In this document: positions 24,335-37,431 of the stretch, piece after piece | How the letters are laid out: every line of letters begins with the position of its first letter | How positions within the stretch are numbered: the stretch's first letter is position 1 | Source of the DNA: the human T2T-CHM13v2.0 reference genome, Homo sapiens | Assembly (NCBI RefSeq): GCF_009914755.1 | Contig: NC_060933.1 | DNA: 64,000 nucleotides | Direction: 5' to 3' (one strand) | Notes under the pieces: model-generated | The model's input: the letters and a program-made list of their open reading frames with translations, nothing else | What the model was told of the DNA's origin: nothing | Databases searched by the model: none | Program-made: the position numbers and the translations under genes

Positions 24335-27300
24335 TTTCGTTGGACACGGGATATCTTCATATAAAATCTAGACAGAAGCATTCTCAGAAACTTCTTTGTG
24401 CTGTATGTCCTCAATTAACAGAGTTGAACCTTTGTGTGGATACAGCATTTTGGAAACATTCCTTTAGTAGAATCTGCAAGTTGATATTTAGATAGCTAGG
24501 AAGATTTCCTTGCAAACGGGAATATCTTCATATAAAATCTAGACGGAAGCATTCTCAGAAAGTGCTTTGTGATGTTTGCATTCAAGTCACAGAGTTGAAT
24601 ATTCCCTTTTATAGAGCGGGTTTGAAACACTCTTTCTGCACTACCTGGAAGTGGACATTTGGAGCTCTTTGAGGCCTATGTTGAAAAAGGAAATATCTTC
24701 CCATAAAAACTAGACAGAAGCATTCTCAGAAACCTGTTTGTGATGTGTGTATTCAACTAACAGAGATGAACCTTTCTTTTTACAGAGCAGTTTTGAAACA
24801 CTCTTTTTGTGGAATCTGAAAGTGGATATTTGGATAGATTTGAGGATTTCGTTGGAAACGGGATTACATAAAAAACCTAGAGGGAAGCATTCTCAGGAAC
24901 TTCTTTTTGATGTTTGCCTTCAAGTCACAGGACTGAACATTCCCTTTCATAGAGCAGGTTTGAAACACTCTTTCTGTAGTATCTGCAAGCTGACGTTTCA
25001 AGCGCTTTCAGGCCTATGGTGAGAAAGGAAATATCTTCAAGTAAAAACTAGACAGAAGCATTCTCAGAAACTTATTTGCCATGTGTGTTCTCAACTAACA
25101 GAGTTGAACCTTTGTTTTGATACGGCATTTTGGAAACACTCTTTTTGTAGAATCTGCAGGTGGATATTCGGATAGCTTTTTAAGGTTTCGTTGGAAACGG
25201 GAATATCTTCATATAAAATCTAGACGGAAGCATTCTCAGAAACTGCTTTGTGATGTTTGCATTCAAGTCACAGAGTAGAATGTTCCCTGTTATATACCAG
25301 GTTTGAGACACTCTTTCTGCACTACCTGGAAGTGGACGTTTGGAGCGCTTTGAGGCCTATGTTGAAAAAGGAAATATCTTCGCATAAAAACTAGACAGAA
25401 GCATTCTCAGAAACTTGTTTGTGATGTGTGTATTCAACTAACAGAGATGAACCTTTCTTTTTACAGGGCAGTTTTGAAACACTCTTTTTGTGGAATCTGA
25501 AAGTGGATATTTGGATAGCTTTGAGGATTTCGTTGGAAACGGGATTACATATAAAACCTAGAGAGAAGCATTCTCAGGAACTTCTTTGTGATGTTTGCAT
25601 TCAAGTCACAGAACTGAACATTCCCTTTCATAGAGCAGGTTTGAAACACTCTTTCTGTAGTATCTGCAAACGGACATTTCAAGCGCTTTCAGGCCTATGG
25701 TGAGAAAGGAAATATCTTCAAGTAAAAACTAGACAGAAGCATTCTCAGAAACTTACTTGCGATGTGTGTTCTCAACTAACAGAGTTGAACCTTTGTTTTG
25801 ATATGGCATTTTGGAAACACTCTTTTTGTAGAATCTGCAGGTGGATATTCGGATAGCTTTGAAGGTTTCGTTGGAAACGGGAATATCTTCATATAAAATC
25901 TAGACGGAAGCATTCTCAGAAACTGCTTTGTGATGTTTTCATTCAAGTCACAGAGTAGAATGTTCCCTGTTATATACCAGGTTTGAGACACTCTTTCTGC
26001 ACTACCTGGAAGTGGACATTTGCAGCGCTTTGAGGCCTATGATGAAAAAGGAAATATCTTCCCATAAAAACTAGACAGAAGCATTCTCAGAAACTTGTTT
26101 GTGATGTGTGTATTCAACTAACAGAGATGAACCTTTCTTTTTACAGAGCAGTTTTGAAACACTCTTTTTGTGGAATCTGAAAGTGGATATTTGGATAGCT
26201 TTGAGGATTTCGTTGGAAACGGGATTACATATAAAATCTAGAGAGAAGCATTCTCAGGAACTACTTTGTGATGTTTGCATTCACGTCACAGAACTGAACA
26301 TTCCCTTTCATAGAGCATGTTTGAAACACTCTTTCTGTAGTATCTGCAAACGGACATTTCAAACGCTTTCAGGCCTGTGGTGAGAAAGGAAATATCTTCA
26401 AATAAAAACTAGACAGAAGCATTCTCAGAAACTTATTTGCGATGTGTGTCCTCAACTAACAGAGTTGAACCTTTCTTTTGATACAACATTTTGGAAACAC
26501 TCTTTTTGTAGAATCTGCAAGTGGATATTTGAATAGCTTTGAAGGTTTCGTTGGAAACGGGAATATCTTCATATAAAATCAAGACAGAAGCATTCTCAGA
26601 AACTTCTCTGTGATGTTTGCATTCAACTCATAGAGTTGAACACTTCCCTTCATACAGCAGGTTTGAAACACTCTTTTTGTAATATTTGGAAGTGGACATT
26701 TGCAGCGCTTTGAGGCCTATGATGAAAAAGGAAATATCTTCCCATAAAAACTAGACAGAAGCATTCTCAGAAACTTGTTTGTGATGTGTGTATTCAACTA
26801 ACAGAGATGAACCTTTCTTTTTACAGAGCAGTTTTGAAACACTCTTTTTGTGGAATCTGAAAGTGGATATTTGGATAGATTTGAGGATTTCGTTGGAAAC
26901 GGGATTACATATAAAACCTAGAGAGAAGTATTCTCAGGAACTTCTTTTTGATGTTTGCCTTCAAGTCACAGGACTGAACATTCCCTTTCATAGAGCAGGT
27001 TTGAAACACTCTTTCTGTAGTATCTGCAAGCTGACGTTTCAAGCGCCTTCAGGCCTATGGTGAGAAAGGAAATATCTTCAAGTAAAAACTAGACAGAAGC
27101 ATTCTCAGAAACTTATTTGCCATGTGTGTTCTCAACTAACAGAGTTGAACCTTTGTTTTGATACGGCATTTTGGAAACACTCTTTTTGTAGAATCTGCAG
27201 GTGGATATTCGGATAGCTTTGAAGGTTTCGTTGGAAACGGGAATATCTTCATATAAAATCTAGACGGAAGCATTCTCAGAAACTGCTTTGTGATGTTTGC

Positions 27301-29607
27301 ATTCAAGTCACAGAGTAGAATGTTCCCTGTTATATACCAGGTTTGAGACACTCTTTCTGCACTACCTGGAAGTGGACGTTTGGAGCGCTTTGAGGCCTAT
27401 GTTGAAAAAGGAAATATCTTCGCATAAAAACTAGACAGAAGCATTCTCAGAAACTTGTTTGTGATGTGTGTATTCAACTAACAGAGATGAACCTTTCTTT
27501 TTACAGAGCAGTTTTGAAACACTCTTTTTGTGGAATCTGAAAGTGGATATTTGGATTGCTTTGAGGATTTCGTTGGAAACGGGATTACATATAAAACCTA
27601 GAGAGAAGCATTCTCAGGAACTTCTTTGTGATGTTTGCATTCAAGTCACAGAACTGAACATTCCCTTTCATAGAGCAGGTTTGAAACACTCTTTCTGTAG
27701 TATCTGCAAACGGACATTTCAAGCGCTTTCAGGCCTATGGTGAGAAAGGAAATATCTTCAAGTAAAAACTAGACAGAAGCATTCTCAGAAACTTATTTGC
27801 GATGTGTGTTCTCAACTAACAGAGTTGAACCTTTGTTTTGATATGGCATTTTGGAAACACTCTTTTTGTAGAATCTGCAGGTGGATATTCGGATAGCTTT
27901 GAAGGTTTCGTTGGAAACGGGAATATCTTCATATAAAATCTAGACGGAAGCATTCTCAGAAACTGCTTTGTGATGTTTTCATTCAAGTCACAGAGTAGAA
28001 TGTTCCCTGTTATATACCAGGTTTGAGACACTCTTTCTGCACTACCTGGAAGTGGACATTTGCAGCGCTTTGAGGCCTATGATGAAAAAGGAAATATCTT
28101 CCCATAAAAACTAGACAGAAGCATTCTCAGAAACTTGTTTGTGATGTGTGTATTCAACTAACAGAGATGAACCTTTCTTTTTACAGAGCAGTTTTGAAAC
28201 ACTCTTTTTGTGGAATCTGAAAGTGGATATTTGGATAGCTTTGAGGATTTCGTTGGAAACGGGATTACATATAAAATCTAGAGAGAAGCATTCTCAGGAA
28301 CTTCTTTGTGATGTTTGCATTCACGTCACAGAACTGAACATTCCCTTTCATAGAGCATGTTTGAAACACTCTTTCTGTAGTATCTGCAAACGGACATTTC
28401 AAACGCTTTCAGGCCTATGGTGAGAAAGGAAATATCTTCAAATAAAAACTAGACAGAAGCATTCTCAGAAACTTATTTGCGATGTGTGTCCTCAACTAAC
28501 AGAGTTGAACCTTTGTTTTGATACAACATTTTGGAAACACTCTTTTTGTAGAATCTGCAAGTGGATATTTGAATAGCTTTGAAGGTTTCGTTGGAAACGG
28601 GAATATCTTCATATAAAATCAAGACAGAAGCATTCTCAGAAACTTCTCTGTGATGTTTGCATTCAACTCATAGAGTTGAACACTTCCCTTCATACAGCAG
28701 GTTTGAAACACTCTTTTTGTAATATTTGGAAGTGGACATTTGCAGCGCTTTGAGGCCTATGATGAAAAAGGTAATATCTTCCCATAAAAACTAGACAGAA
28801 GCATTCTCAGAAACTTGTTTGTGATGTGTGTATTCAACTAACAGAGATGAACCTTTCTTTTTACAGAGCAGTTTTGAAACACTCTTTTTGTGGAATCTGA
28901 AAGTGGATATTTGGATAGCTTTGCGGATTTCGTTGGAAACGGGATTACATATAAAATCTAGGGAGAAGCATTCTCAGGAACTTCTTTGTGATGTTTGCAT
29001 TCAAGTCACAGAACTGAACATTCCCTTTCATAGAGCAGGTTTGAAACACTCTTTCTGTAGTATCTGCAAGCGGACGTTTTAAGCGCTTTCAGGCCTGTGG
29101 TGAGAAAGGAAATATCTTCAAATAAAAACTAGACAGAAGCATTCTCAGAAACTTATTTGCGATGTGTGTCCTCAACTAACAGAGTTGAACCTTTCTTTTG
29201 ATACAACATTTTGGAAACACTCTTTTTGTAGAATCTGCAAGTGGATATTTGGATAGCTTTGAAGGTTTCGTTGGAAACGGGAATATCTTCATATGAAATC
29301 AAGACAGAAGCATTCTCAGAAACTTCTCTGTGATGTTTGCATTCAACTCATAGAGTTGAACACTTCCCTTCATACAGCAGGTTTGAAACACTCTTTTTCT
29401 AATATTTGGAAGTGGACATTTGCAGCGCTTTGAGGCCTATGTTGAAAAAGGAAATATCTTCTCCTAAAAACCAGACAGAAGCATTCTCAGAAACTTCCTT
29501 GTGATGTGTGTACTCAAGTAACAGAGTTGAACCTTCCTTTTGACGGAGCAGTTTTGAAGCACTCTTTTTGTAGAATCTGCAAGTGGATATTTTGATACCT
29601 TTGAGGA
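24335..29607 (+). repeat. 31-mer HOR (5273 bp)
   Basis: Marker spacing; near-identical to 16510-21782. Confidence 0.85.
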
Positions 29608-32159
29608 TTTCGTTGGACACGGGATATCTTCATATAAAATCTAGACAGAAGCATTCTCAGAAACTTCTTTGTGCTGTATGTCCTCAATTAACAGAGTTGA
29701 ACCTTTGTGTGGATACAGCATTTTGGAAACATTCCTTTAGTAGAATCTGCAAGTTGATATTTAGATAGCTAGGAAGATTTCCTTGGAAACGGGAATATCT
29801 TCATATAAAATCTAGACGGAAGCATTCTCAGAAAGTGCTTTGTGATGTTTGCATTCAAGTCACAGAGTTGAATATTCCCTTTTATAGAGCAGGTTTGAAA
29901 CACTCTTTCTGCACTACCTGGAAGTGGACATTTGGAGCGCTTTGAGGCCTATGTTGAAAAAGGAAATATCTTCCCATAAAAACTAGACAGAAGCATTCTC
30001 AGAAACTTGTTTGTGATGTGTGTATTCAACTAACAGAGATGAACCTTTCTTTTTACAGAGCAGTTTTGAAACACTCTTTTTGTGGAATCTGAAAGTGGAT
30101 ATTTGGATAGCTTTGAGGATTTCGTTGGAAACGGGATTACATATAAAACCTAGAGAGAAGCATTCTCAGGAACTTCTTTGTGATGTTTTCATTCAAGTCA
30201 CAGAACTGAACATTCCCTTTCATAGAGCAGGTTTGAAACACTCTTTCTGTAGTATCTGCAAGCTGACGTTTCAAGCGCTTTCAGGCCTATGGTGAGAAAG
30301 GAAATATCTTCAAGTAAAAACTAGACAGAAGCATTCTCAGAAACTTATTTGCGATGTGTGTTCTCAACTAACAGAGTTGAACCTTTGTTTTGATATGGCA
30401 TTTTGGAAACACTCTTTTTGTAGAATCTGCAGGTGGATATTCGGATAGCTTTGAAGGTTTCGTTGGAAACGGGAATATCTTCATATAAAATCTAGACGGA
30501 AGCATTCTCAGAAACTGCTTTGTGATGTTTTCATTCAAGTCACAGAGTAGAATGTTCCCTGTTATATACCAGGTTTGAGACACTCTTTCTGCACTACCTG
30601 GAAGTGGACATTTGCAGCGCTTTGAGGCCTATGATGAAAAAGGAAATATCTTCCAATAAAAACTAGACAGAAGCATTCTCAGAAACTTGTTTGTGATGTG
30701 TGTATTCAACTAACAGAGATGAACCTTTCTTTTTACAGAGCAGTTTTGAAACACTCTTTTTGTGGAATCTGAAAGTGGATATTTGGATAGCTTTGAGGAT
30801 TTCGTTGGAAACGGGATTACATATAAAATCTAGAGAGAAGCATTCTCAGGAACTTCTTTGTGATGTTTGCATTCACGTCACAGAACTGAACATTCCCTTT
30901 CATAGAACATGTTTGAAACACTCTTTCTGTAGTATCTGCAAACGGACATTTCAAACGCTTTCAGGCCTATGGTGAGAAAGGAAATATCTTCAAATAAAAA
31001 CTAGACAGAAGCATTCTCAGAAACTTATTTGCGATGTGTGTCCTCAACTAACAGAGTTGAACCTTTCTTTTGATACAACATTTTGGAAACACTCTTTTTG
31101 AGGAATTTGCAAGTGGATATTTGGATAGCTTTGAAGGTTTCGTTGGATACGGGAATATCTTCATATAAAATCAAGACAGAAGCATTCTCAGAAACTTCTC
31201 TGTGATGTTTGCATTCAACTCATAGAGTTGAACACTTCCCTTCATACAGCAGGTTTGAAACACTCTTTTTGTAATATTTGGAAGTGGACATTTGCAGCGC
31301 TTTGAGGCCTATGATGAAAAAGGTAATATCTTCCCATAAAAACTAGACAGAAGCATTCTCAGAAACTTGTTTGTGATGTGTGTATTCAACTAACAGAGAT
31401 GAACCTTTCTTTTTACAGAGCAGTTTTGAAACACTCTTTTTGTGGAATCTGAAAGTGGATATTTGGATAGCTTTGCGGATTTCGTTGGAAACGGGATTAC
31501 ATATAAAATCTAGGGAGTAGCATTCTCAGGAACTTCTTTGTGATGTTTGCATTCAAGTCACAGAACTGAACATTCCCTTTCATAGAGCAGGATTGAAACA
31601 CTCTTTCTGTAGTATCTGCAAGCGGACGTTTTAAGCGCTTTCAGGCCTGTGGTGAGAAAGGAAATATCTTCAAATAAAAACTAGACAGAAGCATTCTCAG
31701 AAACTTATTTGCGATGTGTGTCCTCAACTAACAGAGTTGAACCTTTCTTTTGATACAACATTTTGGAAACACTCTTTTTGTAGAATCTGCAAGTGGATAT
31801 TTGGATAGCTTTGAAGGTTTCGTTGGAAACGGGAATATCTTCATATGAAATCAAGACAGAAGCATTCTCAGAAACTTCTCTGTGATGTTTGCATTCAACT
31901 CATAGAGTTGAACACTTCGCTTCATACAGCAGGTTTGAAACACTCTTTTTCTAATATTTGGAAGTGGACTTTTGCAGCGCTTTGAGGCCTATGTTGAAAA
32001 AGGAAATATCTTCTCCTAAAAACCAGACAGAAGCATTCTCAGAAACTTCCTGGTGATGTGTGTACTCAAGTAACAGAGTTGAACCTTCCTTTTGTCGGAG
32101 CAGTTTTGAAGCACTCTTTTTGTAGAATCTGCAAGTGGATATTTTGATACCTTTGAGGA
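29608..32159 (+). repeat. 15-mer HOR (2552 bp)
   Basis: Marker spacing. Confidence 0.85.
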
Positions 32160-35100
32160 TTTCGTTGGACACGGGATATCTTCATATAAAATCTAGACAG
32201 AAGCATTCTCAGAAACTTCTTTGTGCTGTATGTCCTCAATTAACAGAGTTTAACCTTTGTGTGGATACAGCATTTTGGAAACATTCCTTTAGTAGAATCT
32301 GCAAGTTGATATTTAGATAGCTAGGAAGATTTCCTTGGAAACGGGAATATCTTCATATAAAATCTAGACGGAAGCATTCTCAGAAACTGCTTTGTGATGT
32401 TTGCATTCAAGTCACAGAGTTGAATATTCCCTTTTATAGAGCAGGTTTGAAACACTCTTTCTGCACTACCTGGAAGTGGACATTTGGAGCTCTTTGAGGC
32501 CTATGTTGAAAAAGGAAATATCTTCCCATAAAAACTAGACAGAAGCATTCTCAGAAACTTGTTTGTGATGTGTGTATTCAACTAACAGAGATGAACCTTT
32601 CTTTTTACAGAGCAGTTTTGAAACACTCTTTTTGTGGAATCTGAAAGTGGATATTTGGATAGATTTGAGGATTTCGTTGGAAACGGGATTACATATAAAA
32701 CCTAGAGAGAAGTATTCTCAGGAACTTCTTTTTGATGTTTGCCTTCAAGTCACAGGACTGAACATTCCCTTTCATAGAGCAGGTTTGAAACACTCTTTCT
32801 GTAGTATCTGCAAGCTGACGTTTCAAGCGCTTTCAGGCCTATGGTGAGAAAGGAAATATCTTCAAGTAAAAACTAGACAGAAGCATTCTCAGAAACTTAT
32901 TTGCCATGTGTGTTCTCAACTAACAGAGTTGAACCTTTGTTTTGATACGGCATTTTGGAAACACTCTTTTTGTAGAATCTGCAGGTGGATATTCGAATAG
33001 CTTTGATGGTTTCGTTGGAAACGGGAATATCTTCATATAAAATCTAGACGGAAGCATTCTCAGAAACTGCTTTGTGATGTTTGCATTCAAGTCACAGAGT
33101 AGAATGTTCCCTGTTATATACCAGGTTTGAGACACTCTTTCTGCACTACCTGGAAGTGGACGTTTGGAGCGCTTTGAGGCCTATGTTGAAAAAGGAAATA
33201 TCTTCGCATAAAAACTAGACAGAAGCATTCTCAGAAACTTGTTTGTGATGTGTGTATTCAACTAACAGAGATGAACCTTTCTTTTTACAGAGCAGTTTTG
33301 AAACACTCTTTTTGTGGAATCTGAAAGTGGATATTTGGATTGCTTTGAGGATTTCGTTGGAAACGGGATTACATATAAAACCTAGAGAGAAGCATTCTCA
33401 GGAACTTCTTTGTGATGTTTGCATTCAAGTCACAGAACTGAACATTCCCTTTCATAGAGCAGGTTTGAAACACTCTTTCTGTAGTATCTGCAAACGGACA
33501 TTTCAAGCGCTTTCAGGCCTATGGTGAGAAAGGAAATATCTTCAAGTAAAAACTAGACAGAAGCATTCTCAGAAACTTATTTGCAATGTGTGTTCTCAAC
33601 TAACAGAGTTGAACCTTTGTTTTGATATGGCATTTTGGAAACACTCTTTTTGTAGAATCTGCAGGTGGATATTCGGATAGCTTTGAAGGTTTCGTTGGAA
33701 ACGGGAATATCTTCATATAAAATCTAGACGGAAGCATTCTCAGAAACTGCTTTGTGATGTTTTCATTCAAGTCACAGAGTAGAATGTTCCCTGTTATATA
33801 CCAGGTTTGAGACACTCTTTCTGCACTACCTGGAAGTGGACATTTGCAGCGCTTTGAGGCCTATGATGAAAAAGGAAATATCTTCCCATAAAAACTAGAC
33901 AGAAGCATTCTCAGAAACTTGTTTGTGATGTGTGTATTCAACTAACAGAGATGAACCTTTCTTTTTACAGAGCAGTTTTGAAACACTCTTTTTGTGGAAT
34001 CTGAAAGTGGATATTTGGATAGCTTTGAGGATTTCGTTGGAAACGGGATTACATATAAAATCTAGAGAGAAGCATTCTCAGGAACTTCTTTGTGATGTTT
34101 GCATTCACGTCACAGAACTGAACATTCCCTTTCATAGAGCATGTTTGAAACACTCTTTCTGTAGTATCTGCAAACGGACATTTCAAACGCTTTCAGGCCT
34201 ATGGTGAGAAAGGAAATATCTTCAAATAAAAACTAGACAGAAGCATTCTCAGAAACTTATTTGCGATGTGTGTCCTCAACTAACAGAGTTGAACCTTTCT
34301 TTTGATACAACATTTTGGAAACACTCTTTTTGTAGAATCTGCAAGTGGATATTTGAATAGCTTTGAAGGTTTCGTTGGAAACGGGAATATCTTCATATAA
34401 AATCAAGACAGAAGCATTCTCAGAAACTTCTCTGTGATGTTTGCATTCAACTCATAGAGTTGAACACTTCCCTTCATACAGCAGGTTTGAAACACTCTTT
34501 TTGTAATATTTGGAAGTGTACATTTGCAGCGCTTTGAGGCCTATGATGAAAAAGGAAATATCTTCCCATAAAAACTAGACAGAAGCATTCTCAGAAACTT
34601 GTTTGTGATGTGTGTATTCAACTAACAGAGATGAACCTTTCTTTTTACAGAGCAGTTTTGAAACACTCTTTTTGTGGAATCTGAAAGTGGATATTTGGAT
34701 AGATTTGAGGATTTCGTTGGAAACGGGATTACATATAAAACCTAGAGAGAAGTATTCTCAGGAACTTCTTTTTGATGTTTGCCTTCAAGTCACAGGACTG
34801 AACATTCCCTTTCATAGAGCAGGTTTGAAACACTCTTTCTGTAGTATCTGCAAGCTGACGTTTCAAGCGCTTTCAGGCCTATGGTGAGAAAGGAAATATC
34901 TTCAAGTAAAAACTAGACAGAAGCATTCTCAGAAACTTATTTGCCATGTGTGTTCTCAACTAACAGAGTTGAACCTTTGTTTTGATACGGCATTTTGGAA
35001 ACACTCTTTTTGTAGAATCTGCAGGTGGATATTCGGATAGCTTTGAAGGTTTCGTTGGAAACGGGAATATCTTCATATAAAATCTAGACGGAAGCATTCT

Positions 35101-37431
35101 CAGAAACTGCTTTGTGATGTTTGCATTCAAGTCACAGAGTAGAATGTTCCCTGTTATATACCAGGTTTGAGACACTCTTTCTGCACTACCTGGAAGTGGA
35201 CGTTTGGAGCGCTTTGAGGCCTATGTTGAAAAAGGAAATATCTTCGCATAAAAACTAGACAGAAGCATTCTCAGAAACTTGTTTGTGATGTGTGTATTCA
35301 ACTAACAGAGATGAACCTTTCTTTTTACAGAGCAGTTTTGAAACACTCTTTTTGTGGAATCTGAAAGTGGATATTTGGATTGCTTTGAGGATTTCGTTGG
35401 AAACGGGATTACATATAAAACCTAGAGAGAAGCATTCTCAGGAACTTCTTTGTGATGTTTGCATTCAAGTCACAGAACTGAACATTCCCTTTCATAGAGC
35501 AGGTTTGAAACACTCTTTCTGTAGTATCTGCAAACGGACATTTCAAGCGCTTTCAGGCCTATGGTGAGAAAGGAAATATCTTCAAGTAAAAACTAGACAG
35601 AAGCATTCTCAGAAACTTATTTGCGATGTGTGTTCTCAACTAACAGAGTTGAACCTTTGTTTTGATATGGCATTTTGGAAACACTCTTTTTGTAGAATCT
35701 GCAGGTGGATATTCGGATAGCTTTGAAGGTTTCGTTGGAAACGGGAATATCTTCATATAAAATCTAGACGGAAGCATTCTCAGAAACTGCTTTGTGATGT
35801 CTTCATTCAAGTCACAGAGTAGAATGTTCCCTGTTATATACCAGGTTTGAGACACTCTTTCTGCACTACCTGGAAGTGGACATTTGCAGCGCTTTGAGGC
35901 CTATGATGAAAAAGGAAATATCTTCCCATAAAAACTAGACAGAAGCATTCTCAGAAACTTGTTTGTGATGTGTGTATTCAACTAACAGAGATGAACCTTT
36001 CTTTTTACAGAGCAGTTTTGAAACACTCTTTTTGTGGAATCTGAAAGTGGATATTTGGATAGCTTTGAGGATTTCGTTGGAAACGGGATTACATATAAAA
36101 TCTAGAGAGAAGCATTCTCAGGAACTTCTTTGTGATGTTTGCATTCACGTCACAGAACTGAACATTCCCTTTCATAGAGCATGTTTGAAACACTCTTTCT
36201 GTAGTATCTGCAAACGGACATTTCAAACGCTTTCAGGCCTATGGTGAGAAAGGAAATATCTTCAAATAAAAACTAGACAGAAGCATTCTCAGAAACTTAT
36301 TTGCGATGTGTGTCCTCAACTAACAGAGTTGAACCTTTCTTTTGATACAACATTTTGGAAACACTCTTTTTGTGGAATCTGCAAGTGGATATTTGGATAG
36401 CTTTGAAGGTTTCGTTGGATACGGGAATATCTTCATATAAAATCAAGACAGAAGCATTCTCAGAAACTTCTCTGTGATGTTTGTATTCAACTCATAGAGT
36501 TGAACACTTCCCTTCATACAGCAGGTTTGAAACACTCTTTTTGTAATATTTGGAAGTGGACATTTGCAGCGCTTTGAGGCCTATGATGAAAAAGGTAATA
36601 TCTTCCCATAAAAACTAGACAGAAGCATTCTCAGAAACTTGTTTGTGATGTGTGTATTCAACTAACAGAGATGAACCTTTCTTTTTACAGAGCAGTTTTG
36701 AAACACTCTTTTTGTGGAATCTGAAAGTGGATATTTGGATAGCTTTGCGGATTTCGTTGGAAACGGGATTACATATAAAATCTAGGGAGAAGCATTCTCA
36801 GGAACTTCTTTGTGATGTTTGCATTCAAGTCACAGAACTGAACATTCCCTTTCATAGAGCAGGATTGAAACACTCTTTCTGTTGTATCTGCAAGCGGACG
36901 TTTTAAGCGCTTTCAGGCCTGTGGTGAGAAAGGAAATATCTTCAAATAAAAGCTAGACAGAAGCATTCTCAGAAACTTATTTGCGATGTGTGTCCTCAAC
37001 TAACAGAGTTGAACCTTTCTTTTGATACAACATTTTGGAAACACTCTTTTTGTAGAATCTGCAAGTGGATATTTGGATAGCTTTGAAGGTTTCGTTGGAA
37101 ACGGGAATATCTTCATATGAAATCAAGACAGAAGCATTCTCAGAAACTTCTCTGTGATGTTTGCATTCAACTCATATAGTTGAACACTTCCCTTCATACA
37201 GCAGGTTTGAAACACTCTTTTTCTAATATTTGGAAGTGGACATTTGCAGCGCTTTGAGGCCTATGTTGAAAAAGGAAATATCTTCTCCTAAAAACCAGAC
37301 AGAAGCATTCTCAGAAACTTCCTTGTGATGTGTGTACTCAAGTAACAGAGTTGAACCTTCCTTTTGACGGAGCAGTTTTGAAGCACTCTTTTTGTAGAAT
37401 CTGCAAGTGGATATTTTGATACCTTTGAGGA
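32160..37431 (+). repeat. 31-mer HOR (5272 bp)
   Basis: Marker spacing. Confidence 0.85.
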
